Positions 54,145 through 64,000 of a stretch of 64,000 nucleotides of DNA are shown in pieces. Position 1 is the stretch's first letter; each line of letters starts with the position of its first letter. Location: the NCBI GenBank assembly GCA_963789955.1, contig CAWBMV010000012.1:1-64000 (forward strand). The letters are read 5' to 3'. Source of the stretch: an uncultured Candidatus Rokubacteria bacterium. Lineage in GTDB: Bacteria > Methylomirabilota > Methylomirabilia > Rokubacteriales > CSP1-6. The position numbers were made by a program, and so were the translations under genes. The notes beneath the pieces were generated by a model that was given only the letters and a program-made list of their open reading frames with translations, did not search any database and was not told where the DNA came from.

Positions 54145-55438
54145 CAGGCGGCCTGGGGCCGGTTGGTCGGCGGCATCGTCGTCCGGCCCGACAGCTCCTC
54201 GGTCAGCCGTGTCGCGTCCAGCTCGCCCTCCCAGCGCGCCACGACGATGGCGGCGACGCCGTTGCCGATGAAGTTGGTGATCGACCGCGCCTCGGACATG
54301 AAGCGGTCGATGCCGAGGATGAGCGCCAGCCCGGCCACCGGAATCGACGGGACGACGGCCAGCGTGGCGGCCAGCGTGATGAAGCCGGCGCCGGTCACGC
54401 CCGACGCGCCCTTGGACGTCAGCATCGCGACGCCGAGCAGCGTCAGCTGCTGCCGCAGCGTGAGCTCGATGTTGAGCGCCTGCGCGACGAACAGCGCGGC
54501 CATCGTCAGGTAGATGTTGGTGCCGTCGAGGTTGAACGAGTAGCCGGACGGCACGACCAGGCCGACGACCGATCGCGAGCAGCCCAGCCGCTCGAGCTTC
54601 TGCATCAGCGGCACGAGCGCCGATTCCGACGACGACGTGCCGAGCACGGTCAGCAGCTCGTCCTTGATGTAGGCGATGAAGCGCAGGATGCTGAAGCCGG
54701 TGAAGGCGGCGATGCGTGCCGAGCACCACCAGGACGAACAGCAGGCAGGTCAGGTAGAAGCTGCCCATCAGCGCGGCCAGCGGCCGCAGCGAGTCGATGC
54801 CGTAGCGGCCGATGGTGAACGCCATCGCGCCGCCGGCGCCGATCGGCGCCAGCTTCATCAGCGCGTTCATCATCGCGAAGAAGATGTGCGAGCAGGCCTC
54901 GATGAAGTGGTGCACGGTGTCGCCCTGCGCGCCCATGTGCGTCATGGCGTAGCCGAAGAGGATCGGCCACGAACAGCACCTGCAGCAGATCGCCCGAGCC
55001 GGTGAACGCGTCGATGAACGTCGTCGGGATGATGTGCAGGATGAAGTCGGTGGTGGTCTGCGTCGGCGGCGCGCTTCGCGTAGTCGGCGACGGCGTTCGC
55101 GTCGAGGGTGGCGGGGTCGACGTTGAAGCCGGCGCCCGGCCGCACCACGTTGACCACGACGAGGCCGATGACGAGCGCGACGCGTCGAGACGACCTCGAA
55201 GTAGATCAGCGCCTTGCCGCCGACGCGGCCGACCTTCTTCATGTCGCCGGCGCCGGCGATGCCGAGGACGACGGTGCAGAAGATGATCGGGCTGATGAGC
55301 ATCTTGACGAGCGCGATGAAGCCGTCGCCGAGCGGCTTCAGCTTCACCGCGGTCGCCGGATCGACGTAGCCCGAGCGTCCCGCCCGCGAGGATGGCGAGC
55401 AGGACCCAGAAATAGAGGTGCCGGGTCAGTTTCCTCAT
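54144..55438 (-). CDS. dctA: C4-dicarboxylate:cation symporter
   Basis: [61 protein letters not shown]. Confidence 0.92.
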
Positions 55439-55546
55439 GCGCGAGCGCAAGTATAACGCACGCACACCACGCTCACTGGGCGCCCGCCGTGCCGCTGCGG
55501 CTCGAGCCGCTACCGAAGCACGTGCCGTACCAGGTTCATCGACGAT

Positions 55547-56191
55547 TCAGCCTGGGATCACGGTCAACGTCTTCGCCATCGTGCCGCCTTTGGTCGTCGC
55601 CTTGATGGACGCCGTGGCGCGCTTGCCGACCGAGCCGGTCGTCAGGGCGAATGGCGCCTGCGTCGCGCCCAGTGGGACCGTCACTGCCGGCGTGGGCATC
55701 GCGGCGGCGGGCTTGTTCGAGCTCAGCGTCACGACGACGTCGCCGGGACCGGCGGCGCACTCCAGGACCACTATCCCGTCCACGCCCATGCCTCCGGCCA
55801 CAGGGTTGGGCAGCAGCGTGATCTTTTTCGGGACCATCGGTTTCAGCGTCAGCACGATCGAGCGTGTCCACGCGGCGCCGACCGCGGTAATGGTGGCGGT
55901 CTCTGTGTCTGCAACGGCCGTCGTCTTTACCGAGAAGCTCTTGGAAAGCAGACCGGCGTTGAACATCACCTGCGCGGGTACGGTTGCGTTGACGTTGTCG
56001 CTCGAGAGGGCCACCGTCATGCCGGCCGGCGGCGCCGGAGCCGTCAACGTCACCTTCCCGCTGGCAGGAAGACAACCCGAGAGCAGAGTAGTTGACAAGG
56101 TGAGCGCCCCCGGAGCGACCGTCGTGACGACTTGCGCCCGCGCCGACACCGACGCGACCAGAACCACCGCTCCGAGCAGAACACGGTCCAT
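55547..56191 (-). CDS. secreted protein with two Ig-like repeats
   Basis: signal peptide; twice G.VTL..PA..G..V.LSS...A.vP..V.(F/V).....F...T..V. Confidence 0.7.
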   Translation of the reverse strand: MDRVLLGAVVLVASVSARAQVVTTVAPGALTLSTTLLSGCLPASGKVTLTAPAPPAGMTVALSSDNVNATVPAQVMFNAGLLSKSFSVKTTAVADTETATITAVGAAWTRSIVLTLKPMVPKKITLLPNPVAGGMGVDGIVVLECAAGPGDVVVTLSSNKPAAAMPTPAVTVPLGATQAPFALTTGSVGKRATASIKATTKGGTMAKTLTVIPG

Positions 56192-56340
56192 GTGTACCCC
56201 TCTCTCACCTCCCGAGATGGAACCCTGATTCCCCAGCCATCGTCTACATCAGACACGCGCCGGCAGCTGCGGCGCGCATGAATCAAGGGCGGGACTCCCG
56301 TCAGTATAAGGAGAAGCCGGCCTGCGAAGAGAGGCCGGTC

Positions 56341-56744
56341 ATGTGGAGTGCGGCGACGGTACTCGTGTGCGCGCTGGACATCCTGGGACGCAGCGCGGCC
56401 ACCTTCCCTCCCATCGTATTGCTGGTCGAACGGCCGCCGGACGTGTCAGCGCTCGCCGAGGCGTTCACACGGACTGGCGTCGAGACAATCTTACGTCGCT
56501 CACGTCCAGCGAAATGTTCCGCAGCATCCAGCGCTCCAACAACCGGTGTGGGCACGTCGCCCCCGTGCGGAAGCTGGCCAGCATCCTGGTGCATGAGGAA
56601 GCGCACGTCCGTCATGGGAGCAGCGAGGTGGACGCGTACCGCGCCCAACTGGCCACACTTGCCCTGCTGGGCACCAGCCCAGGCAGCCCCCTCTACACGG
56701 GGGTGGCGCTCTCCATGCGGGCGGCGCTGGCCGCGGCCCGGTGA
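56341..56744 (+). CDS. small hypothetical protein with HExxH motif
   Basis: LASILVHEEAHVRHGSSEVDAYRAQL; one indel near 56495. Confidence 0.55.
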
Positions 56745-56756
56745 TCGTCTCGAGCG

Positions 56757-57724
56757 TCAGGACTTGGGCAGTGCGACATGGACCGGGTACGCGCGCTCGC
56801 CGGCAAGAACCTTCACGGCGAGCCGGTTCTCAGGCAGGGGAATCGGACACGTCGTGTAGGGGTTGAAGGCACAGGGCGGGTTGTAGGCCTGGTTGAAATC
56901 GAGCACGGTCGTGTTGTCGTCGCGAAGATCGGAGTAGAGAAAGCGCGCCGCCTCGTAGGTCTCTTCCCCGCTCGATCGATCGCGAAACACGAAATAGAAC
57001 CGCTTCGGCCGGGTCGTGAACGGCCGGAGCCGCAGCGTCTGTCCCTGCAGCGTGAACTCGACGACGCCCTCGGTCTTGAACGTGTCCGCATCGCCGAAGG
57101 TGTTCAGCACGTGCACGTCGCGAGGGGTCGCGTCGGGAATGAAGCGCCCGGTGACGCGGTAGTCCATCTGGATCGGAAACCACTTGAAGCCGAGGAACCC
57201 GCGCGCCAGCTCGCCCTCGGGATCCCAGACGCGAAGAGACTTCCGTTCGCCGCTCCTGTGCACGACCATCCGGATGCTGCCGACCTCGAGCAGATCGGGC
57301 TCGTCGGCTCCGTCGTCGGCGAGATCGACGGGCTGCGTGACCGGCTGACGCGCGGAGCAACACGCGTGATTCGGGCTCCGGCTCGAAGCGTACGACGTCG
57401 CCGCGAAGCACGAACCGCCCGATGCAGCGGCGCGAGCGGACGCCGGCAGGACGATGTCGTTGGTGCGGCGCTGCCTGCCGTGTGGCTGCCGGGCTCGAGG
57501 AAGTGCAGGCCCGCAATCGTCGCCCAGTCGCGCCGATAGCTCGCCTCGTGCGCGGCGCGCCAGTCGTCGGTCTCCTTGGTCGCCGCCGCGACATCCAGCG
57601 CCGCGCGATCGACCGGACGAGCGAGCGGCCCTGCACGCCGCGCCTGCCGTCAGACAGAGGACGCCACAGCCGACCAGGACGGCGACGCGCCTGGACGGGC
57701 TCGATCAACCGCGTGTGACTCCAT
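56757..57724 (-). CDS. DUF1684 family protein
   Basis: FVFRDRSSGEETY.AARFLY, LDFNQAYNPPCAFNPYTTCPIP.PENRL...AGE. Confidence 0.88.
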
Positions 57725-57803
57725 GTGAGACAGGATCATAGTGCTGTTGCAGTACCGTAGGCTTGGGGCTGGCGCCCATGTTCCGCCGGCCACAGGAGTG
57801 ACC

Positions 57804-59263
57804 ATGCACCGGATCATGCCGACGATGCAGCAGCGCTGCTGCTCGGCGCCGCGGCAGCCGCGATCTTCGTAGCCACCACGCAGGGCCAGTCGATTCTCGG
57901 CCCGCCAAGCGAGGCCAACCACTTCATCGAGACCCCGAAAGGCTGGGTGCACCCGAAGACACCGTGGGGTGAGCCCGATATTCAGGCCACGTTGAACATG
58001 ATGCAGGCCGCTGGTGTTCCGCTCGAGCGTTGCGCCAACAGCTACCGCTTCGGCGGTCCGCCGTGCGACATGAACAAGAAGTGGTGGACGGAAGAGGAGC
58101 ACAAGCAGCGCCTCGCCGCAGCCGCCGGCCGCGGCGACCTCGGCCGACAGCTGATCGCAAAGGGCGAGTTCGGCCGCGCGCTGCTCACCGGCGTCACCGA
58201 CCCCGCCACTCCGCAGCGGCAGACCAGCCTCATCGTCGATCCGCCGAGCGGCTTGCTGCCGGACATCGACCCCGGAGGGCAAGCGCCGCGCGCTCCAGAT
58301 GGGCAGCTCCTGGGCGCTGCCGGCCGAGGATCCGGTGTACGACGGCCCGCTCGATTTCGACTTCTGGGACAACTGCCGCTCGCGCGGCATGCCCTCGTCG
58401 ATGATGCCGTATCGCTACAACGGCGGGTTCACGATCTGGCAGGCGCCGGGAGTCGTCGTGTTCGACCTCGAGATGATTCACGACACGCGCGTCATCTACA
58501 CGGACGGCCGGGCGCCGCTGTCGTCGGCGCACAAGCAGTACATGGGCGAGTCGCGGGGACACTGGGAGGGCAACACGCTCGTCGTCGAGACGACGAACTA
58601 CAAGGAAGGCCCGCCGCTGATCAACCTCGCGGTCGTCGGATCGCCGGCGGGGAATCGCTTCCCCGTCAGCGACAAGCTGAAGACGACCGAGCGGATCACG
58701 CGTCTCAACGACGCGACGTGGCTGTACGAGATCAAGACCGAGGATCCGGTCATCCTCACGCGTCCGTTCACGGTGCGCTACCCGATGCGCAACGACCCGA
58801 CCTACCAGTGGTGGGAATACGCGTGCCACGAGGGGAACACGATCGTCCAGAACTACGGCGACACGAACCGCTACGAGCGCGAGCATCCGACACAGGAACC
58901 ACCCGCCGCGACGGTCCAGGCGCCGGCAGAGGTCGCCAATGCGCTGACCGGGCGGTGGACTGGCCGGCCCCGCCTCGCCACGCTCGACTACGACATCTTC
59001 CTGGAGTTCACGCAGGAACCCCGATGGAACCGTTCAGGGAAAACTGATCGGCACCGATCTCAAGACCTTCCGCGGCAAGGTCGCGCAGACGGTCGACAAG
59101 GCGCTGCGGGACTTCACGATGAAAGACCGGCGGATGAACTTCGAGTTGCCCAACACGCAGCCGTGGACGTTTGCCGGCGAGCTCTCGGCGGACGGCACGT
59201 CCATCACGCGGCACGCTGAACAGCGCCCAGGGCGGAATGCCGGTGACGTTCCGGAAGGGGTGA
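57804..59263 (+). CDS. secreted uncharacterised two-Cys family protein, paralogue F, with extra C-terminal beta domain
   Basis: TPWGEPDIQ, NCRSRGMP, EMIHDTRVIYTDGR, GESRGHWEGNTLVVET, EDP, EYACHEGN. Confidence 0.82.
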
Positions 59264-60228
59264 TCATCGGCCGGGTGCCGCGGGTCCGCCGGGCCGGGCA
59301 CCGAAATTGGTCGTGACCGGCTCGCCCCTCAACTCCTGGAACGCCACGTTCACGTTGATCACGGCTCGCGACAGCGGCGTCCCGCCGTACTCCAGATCAG
59401 GCAGCAGCTCTTCCCCCGTAAAGGCCGGGAACCTCGGCTTCAGGCTGGCAGCGACGTCCTCGGCGGTCTGCTTCGCCCAGGCCGCCCTTGGCAGCGTCGA
59501 GCAGCGCGCGGTTGAACTCGCGTGTAGTCCCGGAATCCCGCCCAGGTGTTGACGTCGCCGTGGCCCTCGATGACGGTGTCCACGTTCTTGATGCCCTTCA
59601 ACGCCTTCTCGAGCGTGTCGGGCAGCGCGACCACGCTGCCGCCGGTCGCCGGATCGATGAGCGGCGCCATCTTCCACGCCATCAGATCGCCGATGCACAT
59701 CGCCCGCACCGACGGGAACACCACGAAGGCGTCGCCGTTGGTGTGGCCGGCGCCGAAGTAGTAAAGGTCGATACGGTCTTTGCCAGTCCCGAGCGTCACC
59801 TTGTCGGAGAAGGTGCGATCGGGCTTCATCGCGGCGTTCGATCGCGGGTTGGCATCGATCCACTTCTTCGTGTTCTCGTGGGTCACGACCTCGATCGCCG
59901 GCCGCGCGGCCTTGAAGTAGTCGTTGCTGCCGTTGTGATCCGGGTGCGTGTGCGTGTTGATGATCATCGACACCGGCCTGTCGGTGACCGTGCGCACCTG
60001 GTTCAGGATCGCCTCGCCGTTGTTGGCGAGCTTGGTGTCGACGAGCACGACGCCTGCACTGGTCACGAACACGGTCGTGTTGCCGCCGGCGCCGGGAATC
60101 ACGTAGAGGGTGTCGCGGACCTGCGTGATCGCGCCGGTGGGCGGAATCCGCGGGCCGCGTTGCGCCGCCACGCCGGACACGGCCAGGCCCACCACGACGA
60201 TCGCTGCCAGCAGTCTCTTGCGCTTCAT
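59264..60228 (-). CDS. secreted MBL-fold metallo-hydrolase (cyclase-like)
   Basis: GAGGNT, VLVDTK, INTHTHPDHNGSN, GAGHTNGD, IGDL, IEGHG. Confidence 0.9.
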
Positions 60229-60344
60229 TGACGCCGATGATATTCCGCCTACAATGCGCGCGGTAGCGACGTCCGACCGTCAGCAGCGGTAGACTCTACG
60301 TCAAGGGGGTGAGTCCCGCCTTGGGACCCACCGAGGGAGAGCAC

Positions 60345-61523
60345 ATGAGACGTCTCATTCTTCGAGCGCTGATGGCGCTGGCGGGCACCGCGATCCTCAC
60401 GAGCAGCGGTGTGTCCGGACAAGGCCGCGTGGACTCGCCTGGTGTGATGACGCCGGACGGGACCGTGCCGGCGCTGGGGAGCTACAAGGTGCCGAAGACC
60501 CCCTGGGGCGAGCCGGACCTCCAGGGCACCTACAACGCCAACGACCTCCAGGGCATTCCGATGGCGCGCGCGCAGACGGTCGGCCCGCGCTACCGGTTGA
60601 GCGACGACGAGTTCAAGCAGCGCGTCGCGCAGCGCGATCAGAACGTGGCCAACGACAACAGCGACGAGTTCTCGCTGGAACGGGCCGAGGAGTTCGAGGC
60701 CAGGTTCGGCACCGTCGGCGGCGCCGTCTCGCCGCCACCGCATTGGCTCGAACGCGCCAGGAGCGTCAGCCGCGTGTCCTCCTACGTCATCGACCCGCCG
60801 GACGGCCGGATTCCGGCGTTGACGCCGGCGGCCCAGGCCGCGGCGACGCAGCGTCAGCAGGCCCAGGCCGCCCGCCGCAGGCAACTGAACGGCGTCGAGG
60901 CCGAGTGGACCACCGATCGCAGCAACTACGACCGCTGCATCAGCACCGGCGTGCTGAATTCGATCACCCCGAAGATCTACAACTCCGGCAGCCGCATCGT
61001 GCAGGGGCCGGGCTGGCTCGCGTTCCAGAACGAGATGATCCACGAGACGCGCGTGATCCCGACCGACGGCCGCAAGCAGGTGGGCGCCGTCAGGAATTGG
61101 ATGGGCACGTCGGTTGGCCACTGGGAAGGCGATGTGCTGGTCGTCGAAACCCGGAACGTCAAGCCCGAGTCGCCCGTCAACGGCCAGCCCGTGTCGGACG
61201 AGGGCGTGCTGATCGAACGGTTCACCCTGGCCGACGCGCACACGCTCGACTACCGTATGACGGTGAACGACCCCAAGGTCTACACCGCGTCGTGGACGCT
61301 GCGCCTGCCGATCCCGCGCGAAGAGAGCTACGGCTACTACGAATACGGCTGCCACGAGGGCAACTACGCGATGCCAAATCTCCTCGCCGGGTCGCGCGCC
61401 GAGGAGAAGCGGCGGGCCGAGGCCGTGGCCCGCGGCGAGAAGATTCCCGAGTATGTGGAGCCGGCGCGCGGCGGCGGCGCCGGCGCCGGAGGCGGCCGCG
61501 GCGGCGGTCGCGGAGGCAACTAG
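60345..61523 (+). CDS. secreted uncharacterised two-Cys family protein, paralogue G
   Basis: TPWGEPDLQG, DRCISTG, EMIHETRVIPTDGR, GTSVGHWEGDVLVVET, IERF, NDPKVYT, EYGCHEGN, RGG-rich tail. Confidence 0.85.
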   Translation: MRRLILRALMALAGTAILTSSGVSGQGRVDSPGVMTPDGTVPALGSYKVPKTPWGEPDLQGTYNANDLQGIPMARAQTVGPRYRLSDDEFKQRVAQRDQNVANDNSDEFSLERAEEFEARFGTVGGAVSPPPHWLERARSVSRVSSYVIDPPDGRIPALTPAAQAAATQRQQAQAARRRQLNGVEAEWTTDRSNYDRCISTGVLNSITPKIYNSGSRIVQGPGWLAFQNEMIHETRVIPTDGRKQVGAVRNWMGTSVGHWEGDVLVVETRNVKPESPVNGQPVSDEGVLIERFTLADAHTLDYRMTVNDPKVYTASWTLRLPIPREESYGYYEYGCHEGNYAMPNLLAGSRAEEKRRAEAVARGEKIPEYVEPARGGGAGAGGGRGGGRGGN

Positions 61524-62779
61524 CCCGTCTGCCTCAACCGGGCTCCGAGCGGAGTCGACTCCCGTGCCAGCGACGTGAAGTACGTCACGTGTCGGGCACG
61601 GGAGACGTCCTCCGCGTAGCGCTCGCTCGCGATCCGCTGCGCCCGTTCCGCCACCAGACCATACCAGGCCGGATCGTCCCAAAGCGCACAGACCGCGTCG
61701 TACCACGGCTCGAGGTCGCCTTCGCTGGGCAGCGCCAGCGTGTCCACGGTCAGCCAGTCCGGCAGCGGCAGCACGAATCCGCCACCGCCATTTCTCACAT
61801 CGCCGCCGACGACGTGCGGCAGCGATCCGCGATTGCTGACGAGCGTGGGGATACCGTTGATCATCGCCTCGGCCGCCACCCGGCCGAAGGGCTCCTCCCA
61901 GACAGACGGCACGAGCAGAATGCGGGTCAGCTCCAGAAAGTCTGCCGGAGCCGACACGGGTGGCGAGGCCAGGATCTGCGGGTACTTGCCGAAGTCGATG
62001 CCGGGAATCGCGTTGAGCGCCCCGGCGCTGCGGCCAGACTGCACGACCAGCATTGGAATGTCCGGCCTGCGAGATCCCAGCATGTCGGCAAGCCGGGCGA
62101 ACACGAACAAGCCCTTGTGGGGTGCCGGGTGAACGAAGGTGACGAAGCGGCGCGCACCTGGAGGCGCCACGACCGTTGACCAGTCGATCGGCGGCTCAAG
62201 CGGGACGCTGACCAGGCCGATGCGGGCGCGATAGACCTCTGTCAGGTACTCGCTGCACGTGAACGCGTGGTCGACGTGCTCGAAATAGCGCCGGTTGTAA
62301 TAGCCGTAGCCGCGCACTGCAAACGCCGTGGTCATCCCCAAGGCACGCGCTCTGGCCATCGCTGCCCCGATCATGGGATGGGCGTTGCAGGCGATCACCT
62401 GGTCGGGCGAGAACGCGCTGAGCAGGTTATCGACCAGATCGAGATACTGTCGCGACTCGGATGGATCGGGGGACGCTTCGTCGTTGTGGCGCGTCAGCAA
62501 CAACGTCACCGGCACGCCGCCGGCGTGATAGCGAACCACCGGCCGCCCGTTCGCGTCGGAGGACCGGGCTGTGGACTCTGATACAGGCAGCGCACGGGCG
62601 CCGACCTGCTCCAGATGTTCTTCGACGGTGAAGACGACCGCGCTTTCGAAGCGCGCGGTCGTGAGAATGTGGCAGGCGTGGCCGGCCTCGGCGAGCCACG
62701 TCATGATGGTACGCAGGCTCCGCGTGACTCCCGCCGTCGGGTCAGTGATGCAGTGGTTGTTGACCAGCAGGAATCGCAC
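61520..62779 (-). CDS. glycosyltransferase family 4 (GT-B)
   Basis: HKGL, LLVPSVWEEPFGRVAAEAMINGIP.LVSNRGSLP (EX7E). Confidence 0.9.
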   Translation of the reverse strand: MRFLLVNNHCITDPTAGVTRSLRTIMTWLAEAGHACHILTTARFESAVVFTVEEHLEQVGARALPVSESTARSSDANGRPVVRYHAGGVPVTLLLTRHNDEASPDPSESRQYLDLVDNLLSAFSPDQVIACNAHPMIGAAMARARALGMTTAFAVRGYGYYNRRYFEHVDHAFTCSEYLTEVYRARIGLVSVPLEPPIDWSTVVAPPGARRFVTFVHPAPHKGLFVFARLADMLGSRRPDIPMLVVQSGRSAGALNAIPGIDFGKYPQILASPPVSAPADFLELTRILLVPSVWEEPFGRVAAEAMINGIPTLVSNRGSLPHVVGGDVRNGGGGFVLPLPDWLTVDTLALPSEGDLEPWYDAVCALWDDPAWYGLVAERAQRIASERYAEDVSRARHVTYFTSLARESTPLGARLRQTG

Positions 62780-62818
62780 GAGGTCCTGCAGGCGACGCTG
62801 TCGCCGCTGCCGGTCGCC

Positions 62819-63052
62819 CTATCTCAGCCGTCGCCTGATCACCCACGCGGCGGCTGGCGCCAGCATCAGGAGTGTCGCGGGCTCGGGAACTGGCGGAGGA
62901 CAGCCCGAGCACTGGGCGGACACGGTGACCGGTGCGACGGCCACCTGCGCCAGCGGCACGAGCGAGGCCACGAGCGCAGCCGACCTCAGTCCATTCAGTC
63001 CACGCCCCAGTTGCTTCGGTTGCGCGAAACTCGCACGCAGCTCATCAGACAT
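62819..63052 (-). CDS. minimal PEP-CTERM protein
   Basis: RBS AGAGGGG, signal-like region ending VTVSA, then QCSGCPPP-VPEPATLLMLAPAAAWVIRRRLR stop. Confidence 0.75.
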   Translation of the reverse strand: MSDELRASFAQPKQLGRGLNGLRSAALVASLVPLAQVAVAPVTVSAQCSGCPPPVPEPATLLMLAPAAAWVIRRRLR

Positions 63053-63185
63053 TCGGGCCCCTCTACGTGACGGATTCGCGCAACGACCATCGCTGCAATC
63101 GATCGAGGATACTCTCGAGACGATCTCGAGTCGAGCTCGACAGTGATACTCGTACCCAGTAGTCGACGTCATTGGACCGCCGATT

Positions 63186-63520
63186 CTATCGGCGCAGGAG
63201 TGCGAGGTTCACCGCGTTGGCCATCGCTTGATAGCCGACGTCGTTCAGATGCAGGTTGTCGGCGCCCTTGAACTGCGCCAGCAGCTGAAGGGGATTCCCG
63301 GGGTCGCGCACGGCCGCCTCGAAGTCGATGACGCCATCGTACGCACGGCTGGTGCGAACGAACTGGTTGAGCGCCTGACGGCGCGAGTCCTTCTCGCTGG
63401 AGTAGTAGCCTGGCGCGATCGCACCGAGGTTCGTGCCCTCGAACGGCAGGAACGTGCCCGCGATCGCCTATGCCGAGGCCGTGCGCCATGTGCCCGAACT
63501 CTTCGAGAGCTGTTTGTCTG
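63186..63520 (-). pseudogene. C-terminal remnant of an SGNH/GDSL hydrolase
   Basis: AHGLGI..AGTFLPFEG...RQALNQFVRTSRAYDGVIDFEAAVRDP...DNLHLNDVGYQAMANAV (block V DxxH); no 5' half before the IS. Confidence 0.75.
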
Positions 63521-63600
63521 GCTGATGCTCGTCCTGACGCGAGACTCGCCGATAGAGAGGAGGGCCTTAGCAGGCTCGCTCGGCCGAGTGGGGTGACCCT

Positions 63601-64000
63601 GGCGAAAGTCATCGGCGAAGCGCTGGAGCGCCCATTTCCAGAGGCGTGACCGCGGCCCGTTGCTGCCTCCCGCGTCGGCGGTGATCAAGAGCGTGCGGGC
63701 GCGCGGAAAGCGGTGGCGGCCCATGCGGGTCCACCACAACCGAATGGCGTTGACGGCAAACTCCGCCGTGTCATGGTCGATCCCGACACTGACCCAGCCT
63801 TCATTCTCCGCCAGGTCGTAGACGCCGTAGGGGATCGCCTTGCCCGTTGCCGGTCGAGGAAGTCATGCTTCCGGACGCAGGCCGGCGTCCGTGCGGCCGC
63901 CACCTGCGCCGCCGTTCTTGAAATCGCCGACCAATTCCTTCTTCTTGGTATCGACCGAGATGACCGGCTGGCGGTGCTGACGGCCCACGGTGACTCGCGG
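63601..64000 (-). mobile_element. ISAzo13-family transposase, 3'-truncated
   Basis: PVISVDTKKKELVGDFKNG, HDF, KAIPYGVYD, DHDTAEFAV, LLITADAGGSNG.R.RLWK; homology stops at FADDF. Confidence 0.88.

Noticed and set aside
52453..55347. 964-aa DctA-SSS transporter fusion
   Set aside because: The middle of the ORF is out-of-frame dctA; dctA ends at 54144, where the SSS ATG overlaps its stop
62780..62821. Stop-codon readthrough fusing the PEP-CTERM peptide to the glycosyltransferase
   Set aside because: Same-frame spacing has a one-in-three chance, and no recoding signal or pyrrolysine machinery is visible; kept only as something to check in reads

Overview
Very GC-rich bacterial DNA whose gene content (VWA protein, PEGA proteins, DUF6152, DUF1501/DUF1800, PEP-CTERM, quinoproteins) suggests Acidobacteriota, probably Vicinamibacterales-like; this placement is an inference from gene content. 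About 60 genes can be reconstructed. Many are split across frames by single-base indels that look like uncorrected long-read errors, so coordinates of those genes are approximate. Housekeeping and known genes include rpiB, hemE, hemG/hemY, arginase, pepF, NfeD/SPFH, pirin, LigC with a Prim-Pol, a hybrid histidine kinase, dctA and a sodium:solute symporter. No tRNA, rRNA or CRISPR array was seen. The best candidate for an undescribed system is a family of seven secreted paralogues sharing a two-Cys, R-x-I-x-x-D-G-R, G-x-S-x-G-x-W-[ED]-G-x-x-L-V-V-[ED]-T, D-P signature. They occur in three loci, twice next to an MBL-fold protein (one with a degenerate metal motif and probably fused) and once with a DUF6152 protein whose mature N-terminus is His-His. 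Other notable items: a pseudokinase-TM-PEGA plus TonB-C gene pair, an exported kinase-fold protein, a micro PEP-CTERM protein whose cargo is only about QCSGCPPP beside a glycosyltransferase, a nuclease-fold protein with a histone-H1-like tail, two sigma54 promoters, a family of heptamer-repeat hairpins, and a truncated ISAzo13 abutting an SGNH hydrolase remnant.
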